Of a DNA stretch of 64,000 bases, positions 23,266 through 35,228 are shown piece by piece. The stretch is taken from contig NIVC01001098.1 of the NCBI GenBank assembly GCA_002269645.1, positions 248,001 to 312,000 of the forward strand, in the 5' to 3' direction. Origin of the DNA: Macrostomum lignano (Eukaryota). How positions within the stretch are numbered: the stretch's first letter is position 1; each line of letters begins with the position of its first letter. Below the pieces are notes generated by a model. That model made no database searches, was not told the DNA's origin, and worked only from the letters and a program-made list of their open reading frames with translations. Made by a program: the position numbers and the translations under genes.

Positions 23266-26200
23266 ATGGAGAAGCTCGTGCGGTCGCCAGCCAACATGCG
23301 CGACTGGGAGCGGTCGCTGGCCTACCAGGAGATTCTGGGCTTCATCGCGGCGGTGAGTAGCTCGGTGCGGGGCAAGCCGCTGCAGGCCGGCCCGGACAGC
23401 TACTCTGTGTCCGAGCGCTGCGGCCGCCTCAACTCCCTGCTCGCCAAGCTGGACTCCTGGATTGACGAGATTCCGCCTGTGGAGCAGCCGGCCAGGTTCG
23501 GCAACCGCGCCTTCAAGACCTGGCTGCAGCGGCTCGAGTCCGAGGCACCCGGCCTGCTGGCCGACTGCCTGGCCGACGGCCTCAGCCAGGATCTGTCGGA
23601 GCAGCGGCGCGCCGAGCTCGTCCGCTACTTTGTCGAATCGTTTGGCAACGGCACCCGCATCGACTACGGCACCGGCCATGAGCTGGCCTTTGTGGCCTTC
23701 CTCTGCTGCCTGTTCAAGGCCGGCTTCCTCGTCACCGCCGACTGCGCCGCTGTTGCGCTCTCCGTGTTTGCCCGCTACCTGGACCTGGTGCGGCGGTTGC
23801 AGGTGAGCGTTTTGGGAGCTTTTCGGGATGCTGGAGCAGAGGCTGGGATCTGCGGCTGTGGATGCAGAAGCTGGGATCTGCGGCTGTGGATGCAGAAGCT
23901 GGGATCTGAGGCTGTGGATGCAGAAGCTGGGTTCTGTGGCTGTGAATGCAGAAGCTGGGATCTGTGGCTGTGAATGCAGAAGCTGGGATTTGCGGCGTTG
24001 CGGATGCAGAAGCTGGGATCTGTGGCTGTGAATGCAGAAGCTGGGATCTGTGGCTGTGAATGCAGAAGCTGGGATCTGTTGCTGTGAATGCAGAAGCTGG
24101 GATTTGCGGCGTTGCGGATGCAGAAGCTGGGATCTGTGACTGGATGCAGAAGCTGGGATCTGAGGCTGTGGATGCAGAAGCTGGGATCTGTGGCTGTGAA
24201 TGCAGAAGCTGGAATCTGTGGCTGTGGATTCAAAAGCTGGGATCTGCGGCTGTGGATCAAAAGCTGGGATCTGCGGCTGTGGATGCAGAAGCTGGGATCT
24301 GAGGCTGTGGATGCAGAAGCTGGGATATGCGGCGTTGCGGATGCAGAAGCTGGGATCTGTGACTGGATGCAGAAGCTGGGATCTGAGGCTGTGGATGCAG
24401 AAGCTGGGATCTGTGACTGGATGCAGAAGCTGGGATCTGGGAATCTGGCTGATTGGTGCTGACTTCAGTTGCTTCTGAGGGCCCGTTCGGACTTAAGGTT
24501 TAATCGTAGGCTTAGTATGCAAGGATCTTCTACCTTCTACATGCCGGATGGTTTGCATTCCCGCTCATGCCAGGTGACCTACCGCATGGAGCCGGCTGGC
24601 AGCCACGGAGTCTGGTGCTTGGACGACTTCCAGTTCGTGCCCTTCATCTGGGGCAGCGCGCAGCTGATCGGCAATCCGAAGGTGCAGCCGGCCGACATTC
24701 CCAACAGGAGCAAGGCGGAGCAGCTGGCCAAGGAGAACCTCTTCTTCGGCTGCCTCGAATACATATTCAAGGTGACACTCTGCAGCGCACTGGGGATCCC
24801 CACCGCAGCACACTGAGAATCCCCACTGCAGAACACTGGGAATCCCCACCGCAGCACACTGAGAATCCCCACTGCAGAACACTGGGAATCCCCACTGCAG
24901 CACACTGGGAATCCCCACTGCAGAACACTGGGAATCCCCACTGCAGCACACTGGGAATCCCCACTGCAGCACACTGGGAATCCCCACTGCAGCACACTGA
25001 GAATCCCCACTGCAGAACACTGGGAATCCCCACTGCAGCACACTGGGAATCCACACCGCAGCACGCTGGGAATCTCAATTGCCGCTGCATACTGGGAATC
25101 CCCATCGCCGCCGCATACTGGGAATCTCCATCGCGGCAGCACACTAGGAATCCCCACTGCAGCACACTGGGAATCCCCACCGCAGCACACTGGGAATCCC
25201 CACTGCAGCACACTGGGAATCCCCATTGCAGCACACTGGGAATCCCCACAGCAGCACACTGGGAATCCCCACTGCAGCACACTGGGAATCCCCACCGCAG
25301 CACACTGGGAATCCCCACCGCAGCACACTGGGAATCCCCACCGCAGCACACTGGGAATCCCCACTGCAGAACACTGGGAATCCCCACCGCAGCACACTGG
25401 GAATCCCCACTGCAGCACACTGGGAATCCCCACAGCAGCACACTGGGAATCCCCACAGCAGCACACTGGGAATCCCCACCGCAGCACACTGGGAATCCCC
25501 ACCGCAGCACACTGGGAATCCCCACCGCAGCACACTGGGAATCCCCACAGCAGCACACTGGGAATCCCCACCGCAGCACACTGGGAATCCCCACCGCAGC
25601 ACACTGGGAATCCCCACCGCAGCACACTGGGAATCCCCACCGCAGCACACTAGGAATCCCCACTGCAGAACACTGGGAATCCCCACCGCAGCACACTGGG
25701 AATCCCCACCGCAGCACACTGGGAATCCCCACCGCAGCACACTGGGAATCCCCACAGCAGCACACTGGGAATCCCCACAGCAGCACACTGGGAATCCCCA
25801 CCGCAGCACACTGGGAATCCCCACCGCAGCACACTGGGAATCCCCACCGCAGCACACTAGGAATCCCCACTGCAGAACACTAGGAATCCCCACCGCAGCA
25901 CACTGGGAATCCCCACCGCAGCACACTGGGAATCCCCACCGCAGCACACTGGGAATCCCCACCGCAGCACACTGGGAATCCCCACTGCAGAACACTGGGA
26001 ATCCCCACCGCAGCACACTGGGAATCCCCACCGCAGCACACTGGGAATCCCCACAGCAGCACACTGGGAATCCCCACCGCAGCACACTGGGAATCCCCAC
26101 CGCAGCACACTGGGAATCCCCACCGCAGCACACTGGGAATCCCCACCGCAGCACACTAGGAATCCCCACTGCAGAACACTGGGAATCCCCACCGCAGCAC

Positions 26201-29200
26201 ACTGGGAATCCCCACCGCAGCACACTGGGAATCCCCACCGCAGCACACTGGGAATCCCCACCGCAGCACACTAGGAATCCCCACTGCAGCACACTAGGAA
26301 TCCCCACTGCAGAACACTGGGAATCCCCACCGCAGCACACTGGGAATCCCCACCGCAGCACACTGGGAATCCCCACCGCAGCACACTGGGAATCCCCACC
26401 GCAGCACACTGGGAATCCCCACAGCAGCACACTGGGAATCCCCACCGCAGCACACTGGGAATCCCCACCGCAGCACACTAGGAATCCCCACTGCAGAACA
26501 CTGGGAATCCCCACCGCAGCACACTGGGAATCCCCACCGCAGCACACTGGGAATCCCCACCGCAGCACACTGGGAATCCCCACCGCAGCACACTGGGAAT
26601 CCCCACAGCAGCACACTGGGAATCCCCACCGCAGCACACTGGGAATCCCCACCGCAGCACACTGGGAATCCCCACCGCAGCACACTGGGAATCCCCACCG
26701 CAGCACACTAGGAATCCCCACTGCAGAACACTGGGAATCCCCACCGCAGCACACTGGGAATCCCCACCGCAGCACACTGGGAATCCCCACCGCAGCACAC
26801 TGGGAATCCCCACCGCAGCACACTGGGAATCCCCACTGCAGCACACTGGGAATCCCCACAGCAGCACACTGGGAATCCCCACAGCAGCACACTGGGAATC
26901 CCCACCGCAGCACACTGGGAATCCCCACCGCAGCACACTGGGAATCCCCACAGCAGCACACTGGGAATCCCCACCGCAGCACACTGGGAATCCCCACTGC
27001 AGCACACTGGGAATCCCCATTGCAGCACACTGGGAATCCCCACAGCAGCACACTGGGAATCCCCACTGCAGCACACTGGGAATCCCCACCGCAGCACACT
27101 GGGAATCCCCACCGCAGCACACTGGGAATCCCCACCGCAGCACACTGGGAATCCCCACTGCAGAACACTGGGAATCCCCACCGCAGCACACTGGGAATCC
27201 CCACTGCAGCACACTGGGAATCCCCACAGCAGCACACTGGGAATCCCCACAGCAGCACACTGGGAATCCCCACCGCAGCACACTGGGAATCCCCACCGCA
27301 GCACACTGGGAATCCCCACCGCAGCACACTGGGAATCCCCACAGCAGCACACTGGGAATCCCCACCGCAGCACACTGGGAATCCCCACCGCAGCACACTG
27401 GGAATCCCCACCGCAGCACACTGGGAATCCCCACCGCAGCACACTAGGAATCCCCACTGCAGAACACTGGGAATCCCCACCGCAGCACACTGGGAATCCC
27501 CACCGCAGCACACTGGGAATCCCCACCGCAGCACACTGGGAATCCCCACAGCAGCACACTGGGAATCCCCACAGCAGCACACTGGGAATCCCCACCGCAG
27601 CACACTGGGAATCCCCACCGCAGCACACTGGGAATCCCCACCGCAGCACACTAGGAATCCCCACTGCAGAACACTAGGAATCCCCACCGCAGCACACTGG
27701 GAATCCCCACCGCAGCACACTGGGAATCCCCACCGCAGCACACTGGGAATCCCCACCGCAGCACACTGGGAATCCCCACTGCAGAACACTGGGAATCCCC
27801 ACCGCAGCACACTGGGAATCCCCACCGCAGCACACTGGGAATCCCCACAGCAGCACACTGGGAATCCCCACCGCAGCACACTGGGAATCCCCACCGCAGC
27901 ACACTGGGAATCCCCACCGCAGCACACTGGGAATCCCCACCGCAGCACACTAGGAATCCCCACTGCAGAACACTGGGAATCCCCACCGCAGCACACTGGG
28001 AATCCCCACCGCAGCACACTGGGAATCCCCACCGCAGCACACTGGGAATCCCCACCGCAGCACACTGGGAATCCCCACCGCAGCACACTGGGAATCCCCA
28101 CTGCAGCACACTGGGAATCCCCACCGCAGCACACTGGGAATCCCCACCGCAGCACACTAGGAATCCCCACTGCAGCACACTAGGAATCCCCACTGCAGAA
28201 CACTGGGAATCCCCACCGCAGCACACTGGGAATCCCCACCGCAGCACACTGGGAATCCCCACCGCAGCACACTGGGAATCCCCACCGCAGCACACTGGGA
28301 ATCCCCACAGCAGCACACTGGGAATCCCCACCGCAGCACACTGGGAATCCCCACCGCAGCACACTAGGAATCCCCACTGCAGAACACTGGGAATCCCCAC
28401 CGCAGCACACTGGGAATCCCCACCGCAGCACACTGGGAATCCCCACCGCAGCACACTGGGAATCCCCACCGCAGCACACTGGGAATCCCCACAGCAGCAC
28501 ACTGGGAATCCCCACCGCAGCACACTGGGAATCCCCACCGCAGCACACTGGGAATCCCCACCGCAGCACACTGGGAATCCCCACCGCAGCACACTAGGAA
28601 TCCCCACTGCAGAACACTGGGAATCCCCACCGCAGCACACTGGGAATCCCCACCGCAGCACACTGGGAATCCCCACCGCAGCACACTGGGAATCCCCACC
28701 GCAGCACACTGGGAATCCCCACTGCAGCACACTGGGAATCCCCACAGCAGCACACTGGGAATCCCCACAGCAGCACACTGGGAATCCCCACCGCAGCACA
28801 CTGGGAATCCCCACCGCAGCACACTGGGAATCCCCACAGCAGCACACTGGGAATCCCCACCGCAGCACACTGGGAATCCCCACCGCAGCACACTGGGAAT
28901 CCCCACCGCAGCACACTGGGAATCCCCACCGCAGCACACTGGGAATCCCCACCGCAGCACACTGGGAATCCCCACCGCAGCACACTGGGAATCCCCACCG
29001 CAGCACACTGGGAATCCCCACCGCAGCACACTGGGAATCCCCACCGCAGCACACTGGGAATCCCCACAGCAGCACACTGGGAATCCCCACAGCAGCACAC
29101 TGGGAATCCCCACCGCAGCACACTGGGAATCCCCACCGCAGCACACTGGGAATCCCCACCGCAGCACACTGGGAATCCCCACCGCAGCACACTGGGAATC

Positions 29201-30235
29201 CCCACTGCAGCACACTGGGAATCCCCACCGCAGAACACTGGGAATCCCCACCGCAGCACACTGGGAATCCCCACCGCAGCACACTGGGAATCCCCACCGC
29301 AGCACACTGGGAATCCCCACCGCAGCACACTGGGAATCCCCACCGCAGCACACTGGGAATCCCCACAGCAGCACACTGGGAATCCCCACTGCAGCACACT
29401 GGGAATCCCCACCGCAGCACACTAGGAATCCCCACTGCAGAACACTGGGAATCCCCACCGCAGCACACTGGGAATCCCCACCGCAGCACACTGGGAATCC
29501 CCACCGCAGCACACTGGGAATCCCCACTGCAGCACACTGGGAATCCCCACAGCAGCACACTGGGAATCCCCACAGCAGCACACTGGGAATCCCCACCGCA
29601 GCACACTGGGAATCCCCACCGCAGCACACTGGGAATCACCACCGCAGCACACTGGGAATCCCCACAGCAGCACACTGGGAATCCCCACCGCAGCACACTG
29701 GGAATCCCCACCGCAGCACACTGGGAATCCCCACCGCAGCACACTGGGAATCCCCACAGCAGCACACTGGGAATCCCCACTGCAGAACACTGGGAATCCC
29801 CACCGCAGCACACTGGGAATCCCCACCGCAGCACACTGGGAATCCCCACCGCAGCACACTGGGAATCCCCACCGCAGCACACTGGGAATCCCCACTGCAG
29901 CACACTGGGAATCCCCACCGCAGCACACTGGGAATCCCCACCGCAGCACACTGGGAATCCCCACCGCAGCACACTGGGAATCCCCACCGCAGCATACAGT
30001 GAGTCGCCTCTAACTCACTGCTCCTCTCCAACCGCAGGTGAAGTCCGGTCCCTTCGAGGAGCACTCCAGCACGCTGCACGGCATCAGCGGGGTGTACTCT
30101 TGGGACAAGGTGAACTCCGGCCTGGTGAAGATGTACAAGGCGGAGATTCTGGCAAAGTTCCCCATCATCCAGCACTTCTACTTTGGCGAACTGCTGCCAC
30201 TGAAGCCGGCCAGCGAGTTCCAGCGGCCTGTCTGA
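23266..30235 (+). CDS. PTPA: Serine/threonine phosphatase 2A activator (PTPA/PPP2R4)
   Basis: Exons 23266-23802, 24574-24771, 30038-30235 (all phase 0, GT-AG). Motifs [89 protein letters not shown]. Confidence 0.97.
23835..24440. repeat. Composite minisatellite in PTPA intron 1
   Basis: Core gatgcagaagctgggatctg with variable spacers. Confidence 0.93.
24783..29995. repeat. 5.2-kb 23-bp satellite in PTPA intron 2
   Basis: Unit gcagcacactgggaatccccacc, ~226 copies by length, with higher-order structure. Confidence 0.99.
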
Positions 30236-30824
30236 TTGCTGCGTCCCTGCCTGCGCTGGGCCATTCGATGCTTTTTAATTGCAACATCGTTTAGTCTCCA
30301 ATCAATGTGGAGCTGCTGGGTCCCAACTTCTGTCAGCTGGTGTTGGCACTGCGTGCTGAATACCGGATTCTGCATTTTCTGCAGGGAATGCTGGTTTATT
30401 CTATTTAGTTCTTCATGGCCCAGTGTCACCAGAATGAGCTATTTAATAAGATCCGTCTGTGTAATATCCTGTCGAAAGAGAATTAATTGTTCTGTTTGAG
30501 AGCTGTTCTGTCTGCATGCTCATTTGATAGTCCCTTTGGGTTCAAGTATCATCATATGAGTTTCATGTCCACTCATTGAGTTCTTGCAACCCTTGTACAT
30601 ACTTTATTTCAGTAGAATGTCAAGTGTTGATTTCTCGCTGATTGTCAATCCGACTGAGTCTCTTTGCCCACCCGCCCTGATGATTGATAATTTATACGCT
30701 TTGATAATAAAACTGCTGCTCAGGTGAATTAGCCTTGCTGCAGAAAAGCACCGCTTCTTTGTCTTGCTTTTGGCTTACTGCTAGTAGTAAAGTCTGTGTA
30801 CAATTTACCTAACTGCTGCAATTC

Positions 30825-31410
30825 ACTCACCAATCCTCATCTGCACCCTCTTCAATCCTCTTCTGCACCCTCCCCATCCTCATCTGCACCCTCTCCAATC
30901 CTCTCTGCACCCTCCCCATCCTCATCTGCACCCTCTCCAAGCCTCATCTGCATCCTCTCCAAGCCTCATCTGCACCCTCTCCAATCCTCATCTGCACCCT
31001 CCCCATCCTCATCTGCACCCTCTCCAAGCCTCATCTGCACCCTCTCCAATCCTCATCTGCACCCTCTCCAAGCCTCATCTGCACCCTCTCCAATCCTCAT
31101 CCGCACCCTCTCCAATCCTCATCTGCACCCTCTCCAATGCTCATCCGCACCCTCCAATCCTCATCTGCACCTCTCCAATCCTCATCCGCACCCTCTCCAA
31201 TCCTCATCCGCACCCTCTCCAATCCTCATCTGCACCCTCTCCAATGCTCATCCGCACCCTCCAATCCTCATCTGCACCTCTCCAATCCTCATCCGCACCC
31301 TCTCCAATCCTCATCCGCACCCTCTCCAATCCTCATCTGCACCCTCTCCAATCCTCATCTGCACCTCTCCAGTCCTCATCCGCACCCTCTCCAATCCTCA
31401 TCTGCACCCT
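30825..31410. repeat. Pyrimidine-rich minisatellite running up to the TMEM177 start
   Basis: Core ctcatctgcaccctctccaatc. Confidence 0.93.
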
Positions 31411-31429
31411 CCTCCCCATTCGCAGCCGC

Positions 31430-32853
31430 ATGTCCCACCTGCTGTCGCTGATCCGCTCCCACAAGCTGCTGTCAGCCATGCTGGCCGGCACGCTGGCCGC
31501 AGATGCCGCCTACTACGGGCTGCACAACCTGACGCAGTCCTACCGGGCCTACCGCTGCGCCTGCACCCAGCAGGGCAGCTCCGAGATGCTCGCCGTGTCC
31601 CAGGAGCTCCGCTCCGCTCTGAGAGCCGCAGCGGACAGGCTGGGCATTCAGCCGGCCTGCATTGACCAGCTCAGCCTGTTCGTCGGCCGCGGCGTCGACC
31701 CGGTGCGCTTCGGCCGGCTGTCCGCCAGCCAGGGCTTTCAGGTAAGAATCCCTGATTGTTCCTAGTTGTCCTGCTGCCTTTTCTTCCCGATCCAAGCCGT
31801 GACGCACGTGGCTTTACCATCTCTGTCGGTGCCTGAAAAGCAATTGAATCACTTCTCAGTCGTTCTCAATCACCTTGAAAGCTCAGTTTTTTTGTTTTAC
31901 TCAAACAGTCCGACACTTTGATGCGTACAGCTGAAGGCTCGCATTGCTGCTTTTTCACAGGCCTTCCTCGGCCTGCCGCAGCACTTCGGCTACTCGGCCA
32001 GTGACAAAGAGCAGCGGCACGTCTTCTTCTTTGACGACAGGCCGCTATCGCTAAACACGAAGCGCGGCCGGGAGCTGTACCGCGACTGCCTGCTGCTCAA
32101 TGAGGACGAGCTGGGCTTCGCGCTCGCCCGAGAGCTCGCCTACCTGAACTCCTACGCTGTCCACGTGCCGCCCGCTGTCGGCACCCTGGCAGCCAGCGGG
32201 GTGATCGGCACCACCTACTGGTTCACCAGGGGCAGCGGTCGGCAGTTTGTTGATAACCTGTTGAAAGGCCGGGCCAACAGTGAGCGATTTGCTGAGTTTT
32301 CAATTGCTTTGTAGTCATGCTCTGGCTGGTTGCAGGAAGAGCTCACCGTGTAGACATGCACACCTGAGCACGCACAGGCACGTGTTACGTACGCAGGCAC
32401 GCAAGCTCTCACAGGGCCGTGACGCCTGTCGCACAAACGCCACACTGAATTCTCTAACCAGAGCCCCTGTTTACTCGCCCCGCTTTAGGGAGGAATTTGC
32501 TGCTGTCCGCTCTGGTGGCGGCCTCCACCAGCTTGTGGGCCGTCATGGCCTACCAGTGGCACTCCGCCTACCGCAAATCGCTGGACGCCCGCGTAGACAA
32601 GCGCGCAGCCGCTGCCTACCCGCGGGGCGGCGCCAGCTTCTACCAGAAGCAGGTGCGCCGGAACACCCTGCTGCGGGCAATGCTGGGGGACAGCATCGGC
32701 AAGAAGTACTTCACAGTGCGCGGCAACGAAGTGCACAACTGGGTCCTGTCCGACCCGTTCCTGCCGGTGAACCAGCGCTGGAGCAAGCTGAGGTACGACC
32801 AGAGCCTGGCTGCCAGCGCCGCCAGCAGCAGCGCCGCCGTGGCTTCCGGCTGA
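31430..32853 (+). CDS. TMEM177: Transmembrane protein 177 (mitochondrial, COX2 biogenesis family)
   Basis: Exons 31430-31741, 31961-32279, 32489-32853, phase-consistent. AFLGLP..F, L..DELGFALARELAYL and GGASFYQKQVRRNTLLRAMLGDSIGKKYFTVRGN match TMEM177 motifs as I recall them (KFALAREV; GGVEFYEKLL..N.ALRSLLG..GE.LYT..GN). Confidence 0.82.
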
Positions 32854-33737
32854 GTTCCTGCTTGAGCCGGTCACGTGACTTTGCGTTTTTTCTGTTCCTT
32901 TAGCAGTAGAACTGACAAGTAGGGGATTCTCCGACAGTTGTTGCTGCTTCTTGATGAAGCATGGTTTTTAACTTCATCTTAAAAAAGGAATCCTTCACTG
33001 TCTGGACGGCCTTGAAGGCTTGGAGCTCGCATTCGGGCGAAAATTGCTGGTTAGTCTGCTGCTGGTCAAGGACTTCTATCTGGTACTTGGCAATATGGGG
33101 TGGAACAAGCTGGCCCCAATGCAATTTCCATGCCCCGTTAAGTAAGTTCCGCAAGCAGTTTTGCTGTTGAAGATTCGAAGTCAGTCTGTATTTGAGCCTG
33201 CCCTGGCTCTCGTGTGTAAATTAGCCTCATTAAGCAAAGCAGCTTGAGCTGGGGCCAGCGGGTTTCCATTCCAGATTGCTAAGTTTTTGCGAGTCATTTG
33301 TTTGCGCATTTTTATTAAGATAAACCTGGATAAAGCTTTGTATCCCATTGTGTGCTTGCTAGTGAGCAATCAATAAATGCCGTTTTTTACGGCAAGACTG
33401 CGCATGTTTCATTCGCTGTGCTTGAGCTTCATTTATTTATGTTTTATTATAACTCTAACATTCAGTCAGCGTTTGTTCAGTTAGGATCAGTCTGAGTACA
33501 AAGCGGATTGAAGAATGAATCTAAGTCTGTTAGTGACTTCTGCATCAATCAGTCTCGTAGCACTCCAAATCCCAGACATTAATACTGAAATTTCCAACGC
33601 CAAATATAGGTTATTTGTGTACCTCTAACTTCAATATGAAACATGGATTTGGGAGACCAGCAACAAGCGAATTGCAGAGTTCTGTCTTGTCCAATAAAGC
33701 TTTTCCATTCTGCGCCTCTTGCTAGCCGAGTCCATGG

Positions 33738-34916
33738 CTAGCAGTCCTTGTGCGATTCGGGCAGGCACTCGGGCCCCCCTTGCTTGCCCAGCTCCGCGCT
33801 CATGCGCACGTAGGCGAACGGCTTCGGCAGGAAGGGAATTCGCTTGCTGACTCCGTCGCTGTGCACGCGGTCCACCCCGATCCCCAGCCGCTTGTACATG
33901 GCCACCGCTGCCGCCTGCACTGTTGTGCTGTACATGGTCACCCTGCTGTAGCCCAGCCGGCCGGCCTCGGTTAGCGCCAGCCGCACCAGCCCGCTGCCGA
34001 CTCCTCCGCGGCGACGGCTGGCCACCACGGCAGCGTGCTGCAGGTCGCAGCTGCCGTCTGGCCGGTGCTGCAGACAGACCACGCCGATCAGCCGCTCTGG
34101 GTGGGGGGGGGGAGTTACAAAATAGGGTCTGGAGGTGTCACTCAGGTGCAAGGGGTGCAGGCTCTGCTGCATATTAGTGATGGAGAGAACTCTGACATCT
34201 CTATGGTGATGCGCGACACATTTAGATATCGTTGACAACCTCTAAAAGCCACTGACACCCAACTGAAGCTCTCTTAACACCCCAGCGGTCCTCTGAACCA
34301 TATAGAGATTGTTGACATCCCTGATATCCGTTATGCCCACACAGAGATCGATGAAACCACCTAGCGATCACTACAGTGTACTCGCTGTCTCTGCTCTCTC
34401 CAACTAGCCAATGCTACCGATCTGCCAATCCATCCCATGCTGTCTCGGCTGATACTGGGCTCAGATGTACGGGACTGACATCTCACTGAGTGTCCGTGAC
34501 ATTCCCTTTAGAAAATGCCTTGCACCCTTCTAGAGATAAGGGCTCAATATTGGCCTGTAGGAGTGCTCACTGCTGCTATCGCACTCTGCCACGTAGACGC
34601 GGTGCGGCAGGCGCCAGGCGGCGGCGAAGTCCCAGTAGTCCGGCTGGCCGCGCTGGATGACCAGCCAGTCGAAGGCCCGGCTATGCGCGTAGGCGTAGAG
34701 CGGCACGCAGGCGGCCACCCCGGCTGACAGCAATGGGCAGCCCCAGGCCAGCTGGGCGGCCGCCGTCGCCGCCAGGGCCAAGGCCAGAATCGCCCAGTGC
34801 CTGGCGTAGCCCAGAGCCACCCGGTGCGCCGTGTAGTCGTAGGGCAGAAACGCCAGCTGGCGCAGGTCCCGCCTGCTCAGCTCGTGCTGCTCTGCCTGCC
34901 TTAGCGTGTAGCTCAT
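33738..34916 (-). CDS. GNAT-family N-acetyltransferase, NAT8/Camello-like, with hydrophobic N-terminal hairpin
   Basis: Exons 34916-34571 (donor GTGAGC) and 34096-33738 (acceptor cccacccag), phase 1. Hydrophobic segment AILALALAATAAAQLAWGCPLLSAGVAACVPLYAY, then IGVVCLQ, acetyl-CoA motif RRRGGVGSGL, A..MYKRLG. Confidence 0.8.
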
Positions 34917-35228
34917 GCCCACTCCTCTGCTTCTGGCGGGGCAGATAGCAGCTTTTCTATCGAATTAGCATTGCTTTGCTTGTGCCTTGGGTGGATAGGC
35001 AGATTGGCAGTCACAGAGAGAGAGCTGACTGCCTGCCCAGTGCGCACACCGCACTTGTGTACATTTGCCTGTACATTGCAGCTCTCTTGTCTCCCGTCTT
35101 TCCAGCAAGCGCTCGCTGATGCTTGAAATTCGCACCTTCCTTATATTATCGCAGCATATGTTCACACTGACCTCTGTCCCATATTTAAAAAATTGCTTCT
35201 CGAACTTCAGCCTGGGATACAGTCCACC

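Noticed and set aside
24565-29987. Very long ORFs on both strands (985 aa +, 1008 and 778 aa -) with 23-aa repeats
   Set aside because: These are read-throughs of the stop-free 23-bp satellite inside PTPA intron 2; the flanking PTPA exons splice across it in phase.
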